From the NCBI GenBank assembly GCA_963812015.1, contig CAWETI010000003.1:768001-832000 (forward strand): a stretch of 64,000 nucleotides of DNA, given 5' to 3'. The DNA comes from an uncultured delta proteobacterium. GTDB lineage: Bacteria; Desulfobacterota; Desulfobaccia; Desulfobaccales; 0-14-0-80-60-11. Shown here piece by piece: positions 63,551 to 64,000 of this stretch; within the stretch, counting starts at the first letter, position 1; each line of letters begins with the position of its first letter. The translations under genes were made by a program, and so were the position numbers. The notes beneath the pieces are model-generated. The model was not told the DNA's origin and did no database searches. It saw only the letters and a list, made by a program, of their open reading frames with translations.

Positions 63551-64000
63551 ATGCCCCTTGAACTGGCCCCGAAAATTTACTGGGTGGGCGCCATTGATTG
63601 GACCATCAGGGATTTCCACGGGTATCTCACCGAAGATGGCTCCACCTATAACGCCTATCTGATCGTCGACGATCACATCACCCTCATTGACACGGTCAAA
63701 AAGGAATTCGTGCCCGAGATGCTGGCCCGGGTGGCCGAGATCGTGGACCCGGAAAAGATCGATTATATCGTTTCCAACCACGTGGAGATGGACCATTCCG
63801 GGGGGTTGCCCGAGGTCATCCATCGGGTGAAACCGGACAAGCTCTTCTGCTCCCCCCGGGGTAAGGATGGCTTGAGCCGCCATTACAAACAGGACTGGCC
63901 CTTTGTCGAGGTCAAAACCGGCAGCGAGCTGGCCACGGGGCGATATAACCTGGCCTTCCTGGAGACCCCCATGCTCCACTGGCCGGACTCCATGATGACC
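63551..64000 (+). CDS. fprA: Flavodiiron protein FprA (3' end outside window)
   Basis: [49 protein letters not shown]. Confidence 0.9.
   Translation, partial: MPLELAPKIYWVGAIDWTIRDFHGYLTEDGSTYNAYLIVDDHITLIDTVKKEFVPEMLARVAEIVDPEKIDYIVSNHVEMDHSGGLPEVIHRVKPDKLFCSPRGKDGLSRHYKQDWPFVEVKTGSELATGRYNLAFLETPMLHWPDSMMT

Overview
This is a 64 kb chromosomal window from a GC-rich anaerobic deltaproteobacterium (Desulfobacca/Syntrophobacter-like, inferred from gene content). Housekeeping genes include lptD, ugd, hldE, meaB, recO, birA, a cbpA/dnaJ-type gene, fprA and tRNA-Lys(CTT). Around them are four notable regions. (1) A ~16 kb signalling locus (8959-24789) with two TauE/SafE transporters, USP proteins, two histidine kinase/response regulator sets, a PEP-synthase-like protein lacking its C-terminal barrel, and a Lon protease with a complete receiver domain inserted before its Walker A motif. 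(2) A decaying accessory region (~26-46 kb) with many pseudogenes, a group II intron 3' remnant, an IS1595 element carrying a HEPN-like passenger gene interrupted by two in-frame TAGs, and a cluster of REP-like palindromes. (3) A complete IS110 (IS621-type) element whose bridge RNA can be read from the sequence: its target guides match the insertion site, its donor guides match the circle junction, and a sigma70 promoter with a 17-bp spacer forms only on circularisation. (4) A phosphate-regulon-like island (49-57 kb) with a pstB remnant, a PhoB-like regulator, Pho-box-like repeats, a methyltransferase/PS-decarboxylase/PHP-glycosyltransferase operon and a second intron remnant. All product calls come from motif recognition, not database searches.
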